Source: Geosiphon pyriformis uo1
Taxonomy: Eukaryota > Fungi > Glomeromycota
Assembly: GCA_016748015.1 (NCBI GenBank)
Contig: JAAOMT010000627.1
Location: 124,001-188,000, forward strand
Length of the DNA stretch: 64,000 bases
Reading direction: 5' to 3'
Numbering within the stretch: position 1 is the stretch's first letter; each line of letters starts with the position of its first letter. The position numbers were made by a program, and so were the translations under genes. Shown one piece after another: positions 14,001-28,306 of this stretch. The notes under the pieces were generated by a model, which was not told where the DNA came from, did no database searches, and was given only the letters and a program-made list of their open reading frames with translations.

Positions 14001-17000
14001 ACCCCTTTTGATGCAACATATAACAGTGCTCTCAACAAACTCTATTATTATCCACATAATGCTGAAATGATTTATAAACTGGCTATGGTTCTAATTAATA
14101 GAAGAACCTAAAAAGATATACATTAAATAAAAAAAACAGAATACATCAAATATACAATAAAATTAGCTGGTATTACAGGTAATTATTTGTGGTCTCAAAT
14201 CAAATAACAAACCCATAACTTGGTACTCAATTAATAACTTGGTGTTGGTGGTTTCTGAAGGTTTTGAGTTGGAGTTCTTTGTATAATAGACAAAGATTCA
14301 ATGATTGTCTTCTCAGTAGCCTCCCAGAATTGCAATTCCATCAAATTTTTTTCTTAGTGTAGTGGCCAGTAATCTGACAAAGATGCCCTTCTGATAAGCT
14401 ATCTTTAAGTTCTTAATTCTTATACCCTTCCTTTGGGGTCTTTTACCAGACTATTCGTGATGTCAATAACTCAGTGCTTTAATTCTTTAATTAATTAGTA
14501 CACAACAAAAGAAATAACAAAAAAAGAAAATAAAAAAATAAAAGAAAATAAAAAAATAAGCCAAGACAATAAAAGTTAGTATCCTATTAATAGCTGTGAT
14601 CAAGAGCTATTGTTTCAGTATAGTTAAGTATCAATTACTATCAACATGAAATGTTGATAGTGAAGAGTAAATTGAGATAGTGAATAATTATTTATTAATA
14701 TTTGTAAATGGAAGGTTGCTTAAATCAAATCTAAACTAAGAGGTCTCTAACTAAAAGATTCTAATAATTATGACTTGCAAGTCTAATTGACTCTGAAAGT
14801 CCTACTGACTCTGGAAGTCCCTTTCAGTCTTCTTAACTTTGAGTTTAATTGATTAATTTTCTAGCTTTTAATACTACTGCTATATATACATAAATTTTAT
14901 TGCATGAAATTCCTTGAATTCCTCAATTCTCTAGCCAGAAATTCTGGAATTCTTGGAATCCTGCAATTCCTTTGAGAGGAATTCTGAAATTCTGGAATTT
15001 TACAATTCCTTATATGAGAATTCTAAAATTTTTGGAATCCTGCAATTCCTCTAAAAGAAATTTTAGAATTCCACTTTTACTATGTTTATTCTGATTGGCT
15101 AATTTATGTACTAATATTTAATTCTTATATTCTATGAGTAATACTGAATTTGATTATGAAAATAAAGTAAAAACTTATTATCAAATTACAAATTATGCCT
15201 ATTTGACCAAAAAAGCTTAAATTCAATAATTAAAGCAAATGAATATTCAGTTATGTGAAGAGTGTATTATGTTTTACAATAATTAATGATGTCCAGAATT
15301 TTATGTAATTAGCATTTTTCTGCCCAGTAAAAATAATAAATACAAAATTGAATTTGGAAAACCTGAGCTAAAAAAAAAATTACAACAATACTAATCTATC
15401 TTACTAAAAATCAATCTGCTATACAACTCAAATATTTCAACAACAATGACCAAGGAATCAAGTCAAAAAAAGCACATGAACTAGATGCTAGATAATCTAT
15501 GATATCTAGAAAAAAACACTTTGGTTCTTTAACCAAAATTCTTAACAAAAATCAATCTAAAAATTGCTCTCAAAATCTCATTAGGAACAATGGTTTAAAT
15601 TGTTTTTTGATTATTATTAACAAGCAAAAAAATCAATGTTAAAAGAGAAATCATAGATGTAGAATACACTAGAAATATTATAATCATGTTACAAAATAAA
15701 ACCAAAAAACCATTTAAAATAGAGCATGCTGAAAAAATTGCACAAGCTATTTATTTATCTTTAATCAACATTTCAGGTCTGCAATTAGTTAACAACAGAG
15801 AACAATTAGAAAAAAGTGAAAGAGAAACCCAAAATTTTGGTTCAATTAAATGATTCACAGTTCCAGTAAATATAGCTCTTAATGCACAAAATAAATTTTA
15901 CCAAATTCTTTAACTTCTTTAACCAATTACTATTTCACTTTTTGGAGAACATTACGAAATCTATATTTGTCTCAAGCCTACTACCACCCAACAAATCTTT
16001 AAATCCAATAAACAAATCTGTTTAAAGCATGAAATTTCAATATAAAATGTTTATATTTCAAAAAGAATAAAGAAATTTCGAGTTATATTTTACAATCCCA
16101 ACAACTACTCCATTGTTTTATTAAATAAGTTAGAAATTGAAATCATATATAACAATATCTTTCAAGATGAAAATCCTCAAATTGTCTCTAATTTTATCAA
16201 AATTATAAAACATACCCTATTTCCAAATCCAAATGTTATTTCTACTACTAAAAACTCTCTTAAATCAACATGAATTTCTTAAAATCTTAACAACAAAGAC
16301 AATTAAAACAGCTAATAGCTGAATTTGTTGATATATTTGCAAAAAACAACAATAATTTAGGAAAACCAGATATTGTTTAACATCAAATCCACACAGAAGA
16401 TGTTTCACCAAAATGTCAACAAGCTTATTAAATTCCATTTGCCAGCCACCAATTTATTAAAGAAGTGATGCAATAAATGTTTAATAATGATCTTATTCAA
16501 CTATTAAGAAGTCTTTGGGCTTTACCAATAGTCCTTATAAAAAAAATAGCAAAATCAAATTTTGTATAAACTACTGATAACTGAATAGTGTTATAATTAA
16601 AGATACATACTCTTTAACAAAAACTGACAACATGCTAAATGCCTTAAGAAAAGCCAAGTTTTTTCAACTTTAAACTTGGAAAGCAAATACTAACAAGTTG
16701 AAATAAATTTTAAAAATCAATTAAAAACAGTATTCACCATTCAAAAAAGAAACTATGAATTCAATATTATGTCATTTGAACTTTGTAATATACCAGCAAC
16801 ATTTTAACAACTCATGAATGTTGTTTATAAAAAACTCTTATAACAATCAGTAGTTGTTTATCTCAATGACATTAATGTGTACTCTTCAAGCTTTAAAACT
16901 TATTTGATTTATCTGCAAGAAGTTTTTCAATGATTATGAAAAGCAGGATTGAAATTAAACATTAAGAAATATTACTTTGGAAAAACAAGTTTGATTTTTT

Positions 17001-17670
17001 TTGGTCATATTGTTAGTAAAAATAAAGTGTTACAAAACCCAGAAATAATTAATACTGTAAAAAACTTTAAAATTTTCCAAAATACTACAGAACTAAAAAG
17101 ATTTGTTGGTCTAGTTTTTTATTGCTAAAAGTTCATCAAAGGATTTTTGGAAATTGCCAAATTTTTTAATTATTTTATCAACAAAGATATTAAATACTAA
17201 TGAACTTTAGCACAACAAACTGCATTTAACACTCTCAAAGAAAAACTCACAACAGCACCAATTTTTACTTATCCAGACTTTAATAAACAATTCTAATTAG
17301 TCACTGATGCTTCACACATAGCTTTCAATGTCATTTTATTACAATTAGATAACAATAGCAATGTGTGAGTAATTGTCTATATCAATAAAACACTCAAATC
17401 AACAAAACTCAAATATGGCTCAACAGAATTAAAAGCCACTGCAGTCATTTGGACTCTCAAACATTTTTAATAATACTTAAAGAATAGAAAAGAATTAATA
17501 TCATAACCAACAATATTGGCCTTAAATGGCTTAACAAAAAGAAATTTGAACAAAGTGTTAAACCATCTTAATAGAATAATTTCCTAACAGACTACAAATA
17601 TATTGTATATTAAAAACCAGGAAAACTACACACCAATGTTGATAGCCTTTTAAAAATAAGACAAAAATAA
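11080..17670 (+). pseudogene. Element E gag-PR-Cys-rich-dUTPase-RT-RNase H pseudogene, interrupted by solo LTR 14171-15143
   Basis: IAKITEFTGE capsid start (~11850), CYYC knuckle (~12540), LILDSK protease (~13190), IIDVEY and KIAQAIY dUTPase (~15650), VYLNDI RT (~16860), LVTDAS RNase H (~17300). Confidence 0.88.
14171..15143 (-). repeat. Solo LTR (family A) inserted in element E pol
   Basis: Reverse-complement LTR termini; TSD CTGG/CTGA; host reads ELAG|FDYE once it is removed. Confidence 0.92.
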
Positions 17671-18242
17671 TACCAACAGCAATTTTACCAAAACTTATCA
17701 ATCTATTAACAAATAATAATCAAACAACAATAGATTCCAGAAATTATAACAACATTAAAAACTATTTAAAAACTCTTATCATGCCAGAAAATTAGTCTCC
17801 AAGTAAAAAACACTGATTACAATACTAAGCAAAACAATACTTTATTTACCATAACAAAATCTATTATAAAAATCATAAAAATTTAAACAAATTATTCAGA
17901 TTAGTACAAGAGAATGAAAAAAAACAATTTTATACAATATGCACACAGATCCTTTTTCAGTACACTTGAGAAGAAATAGAACAATTTAAAAAATACTTGA
18001 ACATTATTTTTGGCTTCAAATGCAAAAAAACATTTAACAGTATGTAGAATCATGTAATAGTTGTTAAAAAAAAATCCAACTCACTAAATCTTTAAATCCA
18101 ATTAAAGTTGAACAATCTTTTGACAAAGTTGAAATTAATTTAGTTGAATTATTATCTATTACAACTCAAAAAAATTGTCATATTGCAAATACAATAGATT
18201 ATCTTACCAAATAGCCTAAAACTAAAGCCATCCAAAGAGCAG

Positions 18243-19260
18243 TATTATGGATAAACTTGGTAGGTAATGGAACTGGTAATGTTTGGTACTCTCAATTATT
18301 GGGGATGCGTCTTCCACATAATTTTGTTGGCTTAGTCTTGGTTATCAGTCTCTGAAGGTCTATTCCTGTATGTAAATTTACCTGTTGAGTTCTTTTGTTA
18401 TAAAGCACAGAGTTTGTCTTCCGTTAATTGCAACATTTTCCATAGATGTGAGCTTTCTTCTCCGAGCTAATGAGTGCAGTTGTTAGGGTCTGGCATTGTC
18501 TTTTTGCCCTTCTGGTAAGCTAACAAGATAATGTTAATATCCAAAACTTAGAGAGAGCTTCCCTTTTTTATCAGGCTATCATGAAGTCTATTCTCAGACA
18601 GTCAATTTTACTATGTTGCCACTCCACAAAAAATAAGAAAAAAAAAAAAAAGAAAAAAAAAGAAAAAAAAAGAAAGATAAATTAGTATCATCAATTGCTG
18701 TGATCAAGAGCAATCAGTCCAAATTTTTAATCATTTAAGACAGTTATGCTAAGAGCATCTGTTCTAGGATAAAGGTACAAGACAAGGGTTAATTCACGTA
18801 AATTCCATAAAGTTTGAGAACATGAATTTATGATTCTGATTTCTTTAATAATTGGTTTATTTCAGAAGATGAAATAGAGAAAATAATAAATAATGAAGGG
18901 GTATAAAAATTTGATTTTTGTCTAGAAGTTCGTATCTATTTGTTTTTTTTCTAACTTTTATAACTACTTGCTTTTATATATTCTTTTGGTTTTACAGGAT
19001 TGCTTTTAATTCTCTTATTATCACTAGCTATTGCTTTGTTATTTCTGTTATTGCTTTGTTTTTCTACATTATTGTTAGTTATCCTATGTTATAACATGTT
19101 ATCTGACGTTATTATATGTTATTTTGTATTATTCTGCATTATAACATGTTATTTTACATTATAACATGTTATCCAATATTATTGTGTGCTATTCTGTATT
19201 ATGTCATGTTTTGGTCACATTTCTTTATAACTTTAAATCAGTTTTTCTACTTGGGTAACA
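18243..19260 (-). repeat. B1 3' LTR
   Basis: Direct repeat of 27274-28306; adjacent pyrimidine tract 19264-19277 is the PPT on the minus strand. Confidence 0.95.
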
Positions 19261-19275
19261 TTATTCTTTTTTTTT

Positions 19276-20010
19276 TTAAAATTGAGCTCCTGCGAAATCA
19301 TATATATCTGTTCCTATGTCTTTATTTGTGTAATATTCAATAATTGCATTGAATATTGTTTTTCATAGGTCTTTGAACTGTTGATTGGTAATTTGTTCTA
19401 TGTTGTTAACTGTTATCATTTTTATTGATCCATACAACAGTACATTTGGACAATGTTAGAAAGTGACATATAGTCAGTATGTTGCTTTGTAATATAGGGT
19501 TAGGTTGTTTTTTCCTATAAACTTTTCTACTTGTTGTATTGCTTTTTTGTTGAACTTTTTTGGCTGAGGTCTTTGTATGGTGTTTTCAAGTTAAGCTGTT
19601 CTCCAATTTTGTAGAACCAGTATGCTGGAAGAAGTTTTTCTTTCCATTCTTGGGCATTGTCAGGTGTCCACTCTCCTGTTTCGAGGAGTTCAATTCCATG
19701 AGCTAAAGCTTCTTTTATTTCTTCAAGCTTGGAGACCAAGTATCTTTTTTTGTAATCTTTTTCTCATTCTTTGCCTCTTTTTTCTTTTCTTACCACCCAA
19801 AGGCAATTTTTTCTCCTATATTGCCTTTTAGGTGGTGGGTAGGGAAGGGAACATTTAGTTTTAATTAAACTCTTGTCCTCCCCTCTCCTGCTCTTATCTT
19901 TGTATCATATCTCTTTTTTATCAATTGTTATTTCTATTTGAGCAGGAGATTTTTGAATTGTTTCAAATAATTGTTTTAGATAATTTTAAAATTTGATTTG
20001 AAAGATCCAT
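19276..20010 (-). pseudogene. B1 ORF3, unknown function
   Basis: MDLSNQILKLSK...AYWFYKIGEQL...AGAQF*; matches B2 50135-50869. Confidence 0.72.
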
Positions 20011-20090
20011 GTTGAAATTTTTATTGTTTCTTGCTGCTTTTCGGATGCTATATATATTTGAATTCCCCAATTTAATTTGCTGCCCATTGT

Positions 20091-21458
20091 CTATGTTTCG
20101 ATAATAATGATTGGTTCCAGATCTTGTGGTATATCTTCTGGTCTGATTAATGAAATTTGTGTTCTTAATTGAGGTACTGATGACGATAATTCTTGTTTTG
20201 CATGATAAATTTTTAACTGATTTCCATGCGCTACTTTTTTTAAAATCCTGTCTTCCAATCATAGTTTGTAAGTTCCATTTCCTAAAGCTTTATATATGTG
20301 GAATGGACCATCCCATTTTGGGTCAAACTTTCCACTCCACTGTTTCTCAGCTTTTGTACGATGTAACAGTACCTGGTCTCCAATCTTGAATTTCATTGGT
20401 TGTTTAGGTAGGCAATTGTCATGTTTTTTTTTTTGTTATTTTTGAGTATTACTAATATTATCAGCTGCTGTTTTTCAATTGTTTTCTAACGTTTCCATTA
20501 GCTAGTACATTCTGTGGTACAAAGTAGCTTTAAAATTCTCTTTGGTGATTGTTTTTGTTGGGTAAAACAATATTTCTCGTTCAATAAGTAACATAGCTTT
20601 CTTTTCATAGACTAGTTCAAATGGTGTGAAGTGTGTTGTATTTTGTTTTAGTGTTTGGTATACAAAGAGTACTGAAGATATGAATAGGTCTTATTCTTGT
20701 TTGTTTTTTTGACTTATTTTTGCTAGTGCTTCACACAGTATTTGGTTAAATCATTCTACCAGTTCATTAGTTTGTAAGTGGTATGATAATAATAAAGAAC
20801 ATTTTATACCAAACTATTGGCTTAATTCTGTTAACGTATTATTGACAAAATGTGTTCCTTGATCAGATAACAATTCTTTTGGACATCCATGTTGGCAAAT
20901 TAAGTCTTAATGTATGAACTCGGCTACTGTTTTGGCATTAGCCACTTGAATTGCTCTGGCTTCTGGCTATTTTGTAAGATAATTAATGACTACAGCAATA
21001 TACCAATTTCTTTTAAATATAATTAAGAGAGAACCAACCAAATCAATTTTAATTCTATCAAATAGATTTTCAACTGGAATGGGTCAAAGTGGTTCTGTTG
21101 ATCTTGCTCCTCCTCTTCACTGACATGTGTTACAATTGAGCACGTATTCAAAAATGTCTTTGTACATCATTGGCCAATAGTATAAATTTAGTGTTTTTTT
21201 GAGAGTAGCATCTTTGTTAAAGTATTCTGACATCAAATCTAAGTGCATGCTATATAATATAGTTTTTTTTTTACTGTCTTTGATTAGTTGTTGTGGGGTG
21301 GGGTGGTTTCGGCATTCTCATCGATATAGTTGGTTGTCTTAAATAAAATAATTTCAGGCTTGTTTTCGTATAGTACTTTGTTCCTGTTGAGATAATATCT
21401 CCTTGAAACGTAGTGTCAATAGGTACTGATATAGTCATTGATAAGTGAGTGTGTCCAT
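20091..21458 (-). pseudogene. B1 integrase (separate ORF)
   Basis: ATG at 21458 (MDTLTY); HHCC, DDE core, KFDPKWDGPF. Confidence 0.9.
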
Positions 21459-21468
21459 GGGTCTGGGA

Positions 21469-24400
21469 TTAGGTTTATGGCGTCCTTGACAAACTGTTGG
21501 CATTGGTGTTCTTGGATCTTTCCTTGTAATAGACTTTGAGTGAGAATTGTTGCAGATAAGTACTCTATCTCACATACTTTCCTTCTAGTTGTGGATTATT
21601 GAGTAACCAAATAAGTCCTTTGTGGTCGGTATATAGGTTAAATGGTTGACTGAGGTAATTTTTCCAAGTCTGTATAGCCCAATAAATGGCGAGACATTCC
21701 AGATCTGTTGTGCTGTAATTCTTTTCTGCTGGACTAGTACTGTGACTAGTGTAGGCAACTGAATGTTCTCTATTGTCTGGTTCTATCTGTAATAAAACTG
21801 CTCCTAGAGCATTTTTCGAGGTGTCTGTAGTGACAATGAATCATTTAATGAAATCTGGGTAAATTAGGATTGGAGATGTGATCGATCACTGCTTAAGATA
21901 GTTGAATGCTTTCTGTTGATCTTTTTTCTACAAGTACAGTACATATTTGGACAACAATTGATGGAGTGGTTTTGTGATGTTCGAGAAACCTTTAACAAAT
22001 TGATGATAATATCCTGCCAATCTTAAAAATTCTTATAATTCTCTGAGGTTGATTGGAGCTGAAAAATTCTTGACTTTTTGTATTTTATCTGGATCAGATT
22101 TAACTCTGTCTTTGCTGATTACATGTTCTAGGAACTTTAACTTGGTTTTTCCAAAGAAGCACTTCTTGGGATTGAGTTTCAATTCAGCACTACAAAGGCA
22201 TTGGAAGCTTTGTTGCAGGTGGAGCAAATAGTTATCAAATGTTTCAGAGAACACGTTTGTGTCATCTAGGTAGACTACTACTGATTTTCAAAGGATTTCT
22301 TTGTATACTATATTCATCAGGCATTGAAACATGGCAGAAGCATTATGTTAAACTCAAAGTTTCCATCTTAAGTAGTAAATGCTGTTTTTCTTTTGTCTTT
22401 GGGATCTATTTCAACTTGCCAGTAACCACTTGTTAAATCTAGTGACAAGAACCATTTCTTTTTCTCTAGACTGTTCACAATTTTCTGGATAAAGGAAGTG
22501 GGATAACTATCTCCTTGCATGATGCTGTTTAGTTTCTTGTAGTCTATGCAGAATCACACTTTTCCATTTTTCTTGGTGACTAAGACTATTGAAGAGGACC
22601 AAGAGCTTAACAATTTTTTGATTAAGCCATTATTAAGCATCTGTTGTACTTCTTGCTTAATTAGGTTATCGCCAGATAGGAGTATGCAGTAAGCTTATTG
22701 CTTAATTGGTCGAGTGTCTTTCATATCAATCTGATGTTTCATGATGTCAGTGCATCCAAACCTATTTTCACTGGCAAAGACATCAGCATACTGCTTTAGA
22801 AGAACTTTGAATTGCATTTGTTGCAGGATACTTAAGTTTCCTACATTTAATTTATTGATCTCTTCTGGTATAAACAAGTAACTTTCTTTTGGCAAATTTC
22901 ATACTTGTAAGGTAATATTACAGAATAAGAATAATTGTGCGAAATCTGAAATAGACTGTGGTTTTTCAGAATTCTGAATATCTGCAGATATAAAACCAAT
23001 AAGGATCCCTTTGGAAATTTCAATAACATCTTCTGTTGGGAATTCTGAAGTGTTTATGGGCTTTGGCTGGTAGGTATAGATTAGCAATATCGGCTAGAAA
23101 ACAGATTTTGGGACTGGCTTCGAATAACAGAGCTTGATCTTGGTCTTTTAATTCACCTTGAGGATGTATTGTTAGTATGGGGGAATGGAGATGATGGTGT
23201 CAGTATAGATAAATTCTACCTGGTCACTGTCTTCCTCCATGAAATTAACTGGTACATTTCTTCTTCCACTTGATCCAAATCTGTTGATTCCTTGGACAGT
23301 GAGGCCTAATTTTTTTTGAGTTGTTACTGGGGTCAATTGGGGTATTTTGACTAGGAGTAGGAAGATAGCTTGGGCAATCTTTTCTTGTAATTCTATTTTG
23401 TAGGGTCTGTTCAAATTGTTTTGTAGCATTATGATGATGTTCCCCATGTAACCGGCATTGATGATTCTTTTTTTTATGTTAATTTTTTTCTTGGCTAGAC
23501 TAGATTGAGAGACAACTTGTATCATTGTACTAACAAGAATTTCTAATGCTATCTTAAGATCTATTTTTACAAGGGAATGTGGGGCTATAATGATGGATGA
23601 TTGTCTGGGGTATTGTAGGTCGAAACCAGCATTAATGTCATGCACTCTTTTAGGGCAGATTTTTTCCTCATTGTTATTGTACCATTTTAGCTCTAGTTCT
23701 TTGGATAGGTTGGGATATGCGAGATACTGTTCTGTTTCAGTATCCTCAGTTGGATCTTGAAATGACATGTCCTCAGTAATTAATACCTCTTCTTCTTCAG
23801 ACTCAGATAGTTCAGTAATTAGAAACAGTATTTTTAGAGGCAGATTGAATATGAAATCACATTTGTCGCAGTACTAGAAATGACAGAGGATCAAACAGTG
23901 ATCGCACAGCTTGGTATTCAAATTGGCCAACCTTTGCTCTTGTTTTTTGCAAGTTGGGGCCAATTCTTAATATTAGTTCTGAAATGTGTCTGAGTCATCT
24001 GTAAAAAAATTATCCACAGAGTAGTCGGGTCCATTATATTCAGGCATTCAAGGGTTGTCTTTGATTTTTTATATCTCTTTGGGCATGGCATCTTTGACTT
24101 TAGTGCTTGTCATTCTCTAGATTTTGTAATTATCATGTGAATAACTGTCCAGCCTGTTGAGTGCTCATTTCCAAGTGTCCTCAATGGAGTTCCCTTTTGT
24201 ATCTAATTGTTGATTAATATGGTGTATTGACAAGCCTCATCACATGTTTCTCTTCTGCCAGACACATTATTCCAGAGTCTTTCATTAGGCAAAATCTTGC
24301 CACATGCAAGGCACGGCATGTTGTCCCACTTGCCTTGTCATTTTGGTCATCCAAATCTTTCTAGTACACAAGATCTGCAGTAGTATTTGTTGGTAGTGGG

Positions 24401-27240
24401 TCATTTTTTGTTGTCTCCAATACATGCGTCTATAATAGATAGCTTCTTTCTACAATTGACACATATGAGTCTTGAAGGTTGGTAAAATAAGTTTTTTGGT
24501 CTGAGGTTACATATTCTAATGATGACAATTGGAGTTCCTCTTCTGTTCTGCCTTTTTTTTTTCTTCCCAGATTGGTGATGGGGGTAGTTCAGTTTGATAA
24601 TCATCCACCCATGAAATCTAATAGGTCTCGATGGTTAGTGGCAGTGATGTGTCTTTGAATTCAATAAAGGGTTTTTTGGTATGTTGGGTTTTAAAGTGTC
24701 TGCATGTAGCTGGGACTTGGGCATACTGTCCGTTGAACATGAGTTGAAGTTCTTGGTGTTCCAGTCAAGAGTAGTATTGGCTTTTGACAACCAATTGTTT
24801 CCTACTAGAGCTTGATATTGAGTAGCTTCCATGACGAGTACTTTGGTAAGGATCTGAATTTCTTTAATCTTGAAGGAGAAGTTGTCAATTTTTCTTATCA
24901 AGGTTTTTGTGTTTCCATCTACTGTAATGATTCGGGCAGTAGCAGTACAGTCTACTCAGTGACCTAATTGGTCCATGAGCTGCTTTGTGATTATGCTATT
25001 AGCTGATTTACTATTCAGGATTAACTTAATGTTTATTTCTCTGACTTTGGCATTGGTGTATAGGGCCATTATTGGTTTATCTTGATTGATGGCTGCTCCA
25101 CTAAAAAGGCTATGGGTGTTCAAATTATCAATGTTAAAAAGAAATATGGCAGCTAAGATGGTGTCTTTGGTAATAATGGCTGGTGGGATATTGCTTTTTG
25201 TTTGCTTGGAAGGTTGGGAGATTTGTTCTATATCCTTTCCTTCCACAGATGTAGATTTATCAAAACTCTGGTTTTCTGTGAGACTGAGATAGGAAGCTTG
25301 ATTCGGGTATCCAGTTGGTGCTGGTTAAGATTGGACAGGACCGCGAGAGATTGGTCAAGACAGTCCATTGCTGGTTTGTGCCTGATTGTTGTTGAGATTC
25401 CTCCATCCCTGATTATAGTCTATAGCTCAAGATCTGAGCTGACTGTAAGAGGGAGTTTAATAGTGGAGAATTGCTTATGTCATTGGTGGTGATTGGTAAT
25501 AATTCTGGGGCAGTGGTTGAGTGTACGGAACTTGTTGTGCATATTGGGGTGGTTGATTTTGAGGTATGAAATATTGGGATATTATGCTTTGCTGATATCT
25601 TGGTTGCTGGTATTGGTTTCCTTGATTTTGGTCTATGATTTTCTTTCTGCAGTTTTATGTAATGTGTCCAGATTTCTGGCAGTAGTAACAGTTGCGGGAA
25701 TTGGTTCTTCAGAGTTGTTGCTGTTACTGACGGTTCTGTTGTTGCAGGTATTTGTTGTTGTTATTTTCTCTCTGTTGTGGTGGTTGATAGGTTCCTGTAG
25801 TTCTGGCTAAGAATTCCTCAATTTTCTGAATTAATTTCTTACTCAATTGGATTATCTTTGTATCGATGTCAGAGTTTCCATTAATGGCTAAATTGATGGT
25901 TTGCTTCTTGTTCTATGGACTCAAAATTGTGAGCAAGAGTGACAGCATCTTGTAAATTGGTCAGATGGTGAGGTCTTACAGATCTTAGAATACTACTCCA
26001 CAATTTTTTAATGAATTGATTAAGAACTTGCATTACAGTGTAGTAGTCCCTTTTAATAGCTAATATTTGACAAAAAATTTGATTGAATTGTTCGAAATAA
26101 GTAGTTACTGCTTTGTGATCTTTTTATTTAATTATGCTGAATTGATTCTGCAATCGAATTAACATATTGGGGTCGCAAAAGTATTGTATAAAGGCAAGCT
26201 TAAAAGTAGTAAAGTCAGTTGGTTTTTCTACAAGACTTTGATACCACAAGTCTGCAGTTCCAGTTAGAAAGAATAGCAGTGCTTGAATAGCTCTGTCATT
26301 ATCCCAGTTGTTGGCGGTGATTGCTTTCTTGGCTTCCACAATTCACAAATACACATTATCTTCTTCACCAGAGAAATTTTCCAATTTAGCAATATTCCAG
26401 TAAGCCATAATCCGGTTAATGGATAGAATGTCACTGGTTATGTTTAAAGGGATTGGTGTCTACATATTTAAGTGTTCTCTGGGTGCTAATGCTGGTTGTT
26501 TTCTTTTGTCACTTGAACCAATAGGTTGTAAGATAACTGTTTCTTTCATTAGGGGAAATGCTGATTCTGCTAGGTTTTGTGCTGGTGGCTATTCCCAAGT
26601 TGATGTGTTTCCTTCTGTTTGATTGGCTGCTGAGGTAAAATTTCCAAACAGTGATCTGTATTCTCCTAATGATTTGGTCTAACTGTGTTGATTCCAAGAG
26701 TGTGGATTTCCAGGAGTTTGTGGTGTTTCCAACTGGGTTTCCAAGGGTGGGTTGAATACAATTTTACTTTAAGGTGTCTGATGGTATGATGGAGTTGTTG
26801 AGAAGAGGACCTTTGGTTTTTTGTTGACCATGAATTTGTCTTGGGCAGTTGTAAGATTATTGGATCTGTACTCATATTCCTCTAGATCGGATTCTACTAG
26901 TTGTTGTACTTGAGGGAATTGTTTTGTCACATAGTGTTTAATGTCTGTATCGACTATGCATAGGGTTTCAGTAATCACTCAAGTAGTGGTAGTTGTTGAG
27001 TACCTTAGTAAGCTTTGATGAATTTGTTCTCCAAGTCTTCTTGTGTCCATTGTGTGGCCTAACAAGCAGTTGATTTTTGTGTTGATATAATTGCAAAAAT
27101 CACTTTCTGTGATGGTGGTTTCTGCTAGTATTCCTAGATCTTTTCAAAAGTATTGAAATAGTGCTTTTTTGTATGAAGAGTGGTCCTTTTCTATTGTTCC
27201 AATAGTCACCACTTTTGTGTATCTCTGGAGTGCTCTGTCT
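21469..27240 (-). pseudogene. B1 gag-PR-Cys-rich-dUTPase-RT-RNase H pseudogene
   Basis: ORF fragments: AKKAITANNW (capsid), LILNSKSA (PR), INAGFDL...INAGYMG...KIAQAIF...RFGSSG (dUTPase, ORF 23172-23768), LKLNPKKC (RT). Confidence 0.92.
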
Positions 27241-27254
27241 CTGTGGATTTATAA

Positions 27255-27271
27255 CCTCACAGAGAGCACCA
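27255..27271 (-). promoter_or_regulatory. Primer binding site of B1
   Basis: TGGTGCTCTCTGTGAGG, 2 nt after the 5' LTR. Confidence 0.88.
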
Positions 27272-27273
27272 AA

Positions 27274-27668
27274 TGTTATAGGTAAACTTGGTGGGTAATG
27301 AAACTGGTAATATTTGGTGCTCTCAATTATTGAAGATGTGTCTTCCACATAATTCTGTTGGCTTAGTCTTGGTTATCAGTCTCTGAAAGTCTATTCCTGT
27401 ATGTGAATTTATCCATTGAGTTCTTTTGTTATAAGACACAAAGTTTGTTTTCTGTTGATTGCAATATTTTCTGTAGATGTGAGCTTTCTTCTTCAAGTTA
27501 ATGAGTGCAGTTATTAGGGTCTGGCATTGTTTTTTCGCCCTTCTGGTAAGCTAACAAGATAACATTAATATCCAAAACTTAGGGGGAGCTTCCCTCTTTT
27601 ACCAGGCTATCACAAAGTCTATTCTCAGACAGTCAATTTTACTATGTTGTTGCTCCACAAAAAATAAG

Positions 27669-27718
<50 letters not shown>

Positions 27719-28306
27719 AAAGATAAATTAGTATCATCAATTGCTGTGATCAAGAGCAATTGGTCCAAATTGTTAATCATTCAAGGTGGTTATACTAAGA
27801 GCATCTGTCCTAGGATGAAGGTATGAGACAAAAATTAATTCACATAAATTCTATGAAGTTTGAGAACATAAATTCATGATTCTGACTTCTTTAATAATTG
27901 GTTTATTTTAGAAGATGAAATAGGGAAGATAATAAATGATAAAGGAATATAAAAATTTGATTCTTGTCTAGAAGTTTGTATCTATCTGTCTTTTTTCTAA
28001 TTTCTACAACTACTTGCTTTTATACATTTTTTTGGTTTTACAGGATTGCTTTCAATTGTTTCACTATTGCTAGCTATTGCTTTGTTATTTCTGTTATTGG
28101 TTTGTTTTTTTACATTATCACTAGTTATCCTATGTTATAACATGTTATCTGATGTTATTATATGTTATTCTGTATTATCCTGTGTTATAACACATTATTC
28201 TATATTATAATGCATTATCCAACGTTATTGCATACTATTCTATATTATGTTACGTTTTGGTCACATTTTTTTATAACTTTGGATCAGTTTTTCTACTTAG
28301 ATAACA
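27274..28306 (-). repeat. B1 5' LTR
   Basis: Repeat of 18243-19260; ATAAC-type U3 array; A tract 27669-27716. Confidence 0.95.

Larger units (their letters stand above)
18243..28306 (-). mobile_element. Element B1: full-length gypsy element, family B (~10.06 kb)
   Basis: LTRs 18243-19260 and 27274-28306, PBS, PPT, TSD GCAG/GCAA; collinear with B2. Confidence 0.95.

Noticed and set aside
27669-27716. Poly(A) tail of a LINE or retrocopy
   Set aside because: It occupies the A/G-rich tract present in all family B LTRs; explained by G>A decay and slippage
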